Source of the DNA: an uncultured Salinivenus sp.
GTDB lineage: Bacteria; Bacteroidota; Rhodothermia; Rhodothermales; Salinibacteraceae
Direction: 5' to 3'
DNA: 41,475 nt
NCBI GenBank assembly: GCA_964407535.1
Contig: CAYOWD010000003.1
Span: 1 to 41,475, forward strand
The notes under the pieces are model-generated. The model did not search any database. It had not been told where the DNA came from and saw only the letters and a list, made by a program, of their open reading frames with translations. A program made the translations under genes and the position numbers. Below, piece by piece: positions 39,406 to 41,475 of this stretch; within the stretch, counting starts at the first letter, position 1, and every line of letters begins with the position of its first letter.

Positions 39406-39630
39406 TACCGAACCCGGTTGTACCGAATCCGGGTAAAGGATTCGGGTCTGAAGGTGTGGAAGTGCCTGTACCGACAGTGGTCGAGTACACCGCACCGACA
39501 GTAGTCGAGTACATCGTCCTGACGAATCGGAACTCGTTCCGAATCGGGGTGAAAGTATCTACGTGTGTCCCACGTACTTACTTACAAACATACACACTTC
39601 CATCCGACACACGAGTATGTCAGGCGAATT
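39406..39630 (+). mobile_element. Family B-like element with a duplicated left end, interrupted by a second short element
   Basis: taccgaacccggttg followed by taccgaatccgggtaaaggattcggg. A 24-bp tandem lies at 39470-39517, and B sequence resumes with gtgaaagtatctacgtg. Right boundary uncertain. Confidence 0.55.
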
Positions 39631-39696
39631 AGTTCGAGGCGGACGAGTCCGCCACCAACGAAGCTGCACAGCTTCGCTGTGCTTGCGGAGTTGGGA

Positions 39697-40638
39697 TTAG
39701 GAGGTCGTGCAGACGGCAGTCCCCCCAACCGCTTTGAGGGTCAGTTTCGGTCCTCCGTCGTTGAGGACGCCCTCAATGGTGTGATCCGTTCGTTCGCCGG
39801 AGAACGAAAGGGCGTCGTCGAGTGACAGTTCGGCGGCACGCATTGTGAGGTCGGCATTGTGATCGGTTGGAAGCTGCACGTCGAGCGATGCCCCCACCAC
39901 CTTCAGATTGGTGTCCGTTGTAGGAGTGCCTTCGTATGTGAGCGAGCCGCCCTGATTTTGAATGGAGCAGGGACCGTCCAGGTTGGTGACCTCCACCGAC
40001 GCGCTATTGGCGGTAATCGTGGTATCCCCTTCGGCGTTGCCGAGCGACAAGGGGGCGCAGACGCTCCGTAGAATCATCGTGTCCACGTCCACGTCGTTCA
40101 GCGCAAGTGTGCCAACGGACACGTGGGCAACGAGGCGCCCGCCGGAGAAGTGCTCAATCGTTACGTCGCTGCTTTCGGCGCGAAGATCGAGCGTGCCGTC
40201 CAGGTTTTGAAGGGCGCAAGGCCCGCCCATGACATCGAGGTCGAATTGGCCGTCCACGTTGGCAATGTCGACGGCGCCGCCGGGCGCGTCGATGTCAAGC
40301 TCGACCGGAGAGGGGACCTGTAGGTCGATATGAATCGTGACGTCGAGCGTTCGAACCCATCGCCACCATTTAGCGTCGGTCCGATCGACAGCACTATACA
40401 CGTAGATGGTGTCTTGCTTGACATCGGCCTCAATCTGCAGGCGCTCCAGAATGCTTTCCGCCTCGTCGGGCTCACATCCGGCCACGGAGACTTCCACCAT
40501 AGCGCGGTCGTTTTCCGAATTGGGACGAAGCGTTGTAACCGCTCCCGGAACGTCGATCGAAAGAGCCGAGGGCGGGTCAACGAGGAACTCGTTGTTGAGG
40601 ACGGAGACGGCGTCCTGAGGAGGTGCCGATTGAATCAT
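39697..40638 (-). CDS. DUF4097-like beta-strand repeat protein
   Basis: IDLQVP..ELDIDAPGGAVDIANVDG and repeated beta-solenoid units, ending with LNDGGPKLTLKAVGG. Confidence 0.78.
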   Translation of the reverse strand: MIQSAPPQDAVSVLNNEFLVDPPSALSIDVPGAVTTLRPNSENDRAMVEVSVAGCEPDEAESILERLQIEADVKQDTIYVYSAVDRTDAKWWRWVRTLDVTIHIDLQVPSPVELDIDAPGGAVDIANVDGQFDLDVMGGPCALQNLDGTLDLRAESSDVTIEHFSGGRLVAHVSVGTLALNDVDVDTMILRSVCAPLSLGNAEGDTTITANSASVEVTNLDGPCSIQNQGGSLTYEGTPTTDTNLKVVGASLDVQLPTDHNADLTMRAAELSLDDALSFSGERTDHTIEGVLNDGGPKLTLKAVGGTAVCTTS

Positions 40639-40676
40639 GCTGGGGCAGTTTGGGGAAAACGGAATTGACCAGTGAC

Positions 40677-40705
40677 AATATAGCAGCTACGATGCTCATT
40701 CCCAA
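40677..40705 (-). promoter_or_regulatory. Candidate sigma70-type promoter for the DUF4097-like gene
   Basis: On the minus strand, TTGGGA-17 nt-TATATT, 38 nt before the ATG. Confidence 0.4.
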
Positions 40706-40724
40706 AGTCGAGAGTGTCCCGTGT

Positions 40725-40895
40725 TCGGGCAATCGCAGTGAGGGCGGTAAGCGGAGGGCGGAAGCGCCTTTGCCTTCGGTTCCCCCCATTCTGTCCGGAA
40801 TGGACGGAGGCTTGGATGGAAGCAAGAATCGCTGTGCTCCAACGCACTCCTGCGCGCAGCATAGAGCAATATGCAATCGCCGGGCGATGGCATCG
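40725..40895 (+). mobile_element. Repeat family C copy
   Basis: Colinear with 15605-15764. Imperfect TIR tcgggcaatcgc / gcgatggcatcga. Confidence 0.8.
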
Positions 40896-40911
40896 AGGCG
40901 GTCGTAGAGGG

Positions 40912-40985
40912 GGATGTGAGTGAAGCCCATCTGCTTGCGTCCATACCGACACACCAGCAACCCTGAGCTTTATAAGCGGATTTGG
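40912..40985 (+). mobile_element. Right half of a family B element
   Basis: gcccatctgcttgcgtccatacc...ccctgagctttataagcggatttgg-TA matches the right half of 17562-17682. Confidence 0.65.
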
Positions 40986-41475
40986 TATCACGCATCCGTA
41001 CTCTCGGAATGGACGATGGGCCCGGCTGCCTGTGTTCTTCCGATTGAGCCGCAATACACGTGCGTGTATGACGTATGCAGGTGTGAGGACCGACTGAATA
41101 TGGCTCGTGATGTTGCTGCCTCAATCCATTGGGGGCGTTCGTTGGAGACGGGGCGGCTTCTTCGAACGAGAGAAAGTCGGTTTTCCGTACGGATAGGGGA
41201 AGCGAGGGCTCGACGAATGAACGAGACTGATCCTGTCTATTATAGGCAGGGTGGTAGCGAACGTGTTTCTTTTCTATACACGCCGACTCCGAATCTTTTT
41301 TGGCCTATCGGGGCCGTCTTAACCTGGGGAGCCGCACTGCGGATTGTACGTTCGACGCGTGATTTTACTGATACGTGAATGGATTCTTAAAGACGACTCC
41401 GACTATTTGCCCACCACGGTCTAGGTCGTACTGACAAATGGAAAATTCGCTTGCATCTCACAGCAGCAGCGTCAT

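Noticed and set aside
39470-39517. Mini-CRISPR or small ORF (PTVVEY repeated twice)
   Set aside because: A 24-bp tandem duplication without a spacer, inside a repeat element.
41232-41250. Imperfect palindrome CCTGTCTATTATAGGCAGG
   Set aside because: Short, single copy, and its downstream gene context lies outside the window.
40920-41378. Small protein family with a PELxxRIWY motif (also in ORFs at 17572 and 37924)
   Set aside because: The shared peptide is a translation of the family B terminal repeat, and the surrounding ORFs are unrelated.

Overview
GC-rich chromosomal core region of a bacterium with an acidic proteome. Gene content and amino-acid bias suggest a Salinibacter-like halophile (Rhodothermia); this taxonomy is an inference. 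About 30 genes are supported. They include two paralogous membrane sensors (one a PAS3-GAF histidine kinase), an S66 LD-carboxypeptidase, and a cruF-crtB-acyltransferase-unknown-GT2 cluster for carotenoid acyl-glycoside synthesis. Also present are wbqC-like, dcd, DapA-like and sixA genes, an interrupted ZIP transporter, tRNA-Asp(GTC), a ClpP homologue lacking its catalytic triad, a UvrD-family helicase, a sirtuin, an MFS transporter, two USP genes, hemA-hemC-hemD, thiE, glycerate kinase, a YyaL-like gene and a thiolase. No transposase, integrase or CRISPR array was found. The intergenic DNA holds at least three families of short (about 64-170 bp), mostly TA-flanked elements with terminal inverted repeats that resemble MITEs. 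One copy sits in frame inside the ZIP gene and supplies both stop codons and a restart ATG. Other observations worth following up are the triad-less ClpP, a heme-regulatory-motif-like RCPYL in the HemA tail, and an 87-aa membrane protein with a pneumococcal-type histidine triad. All family assignments come from motif recognition by eye; no searches were run.
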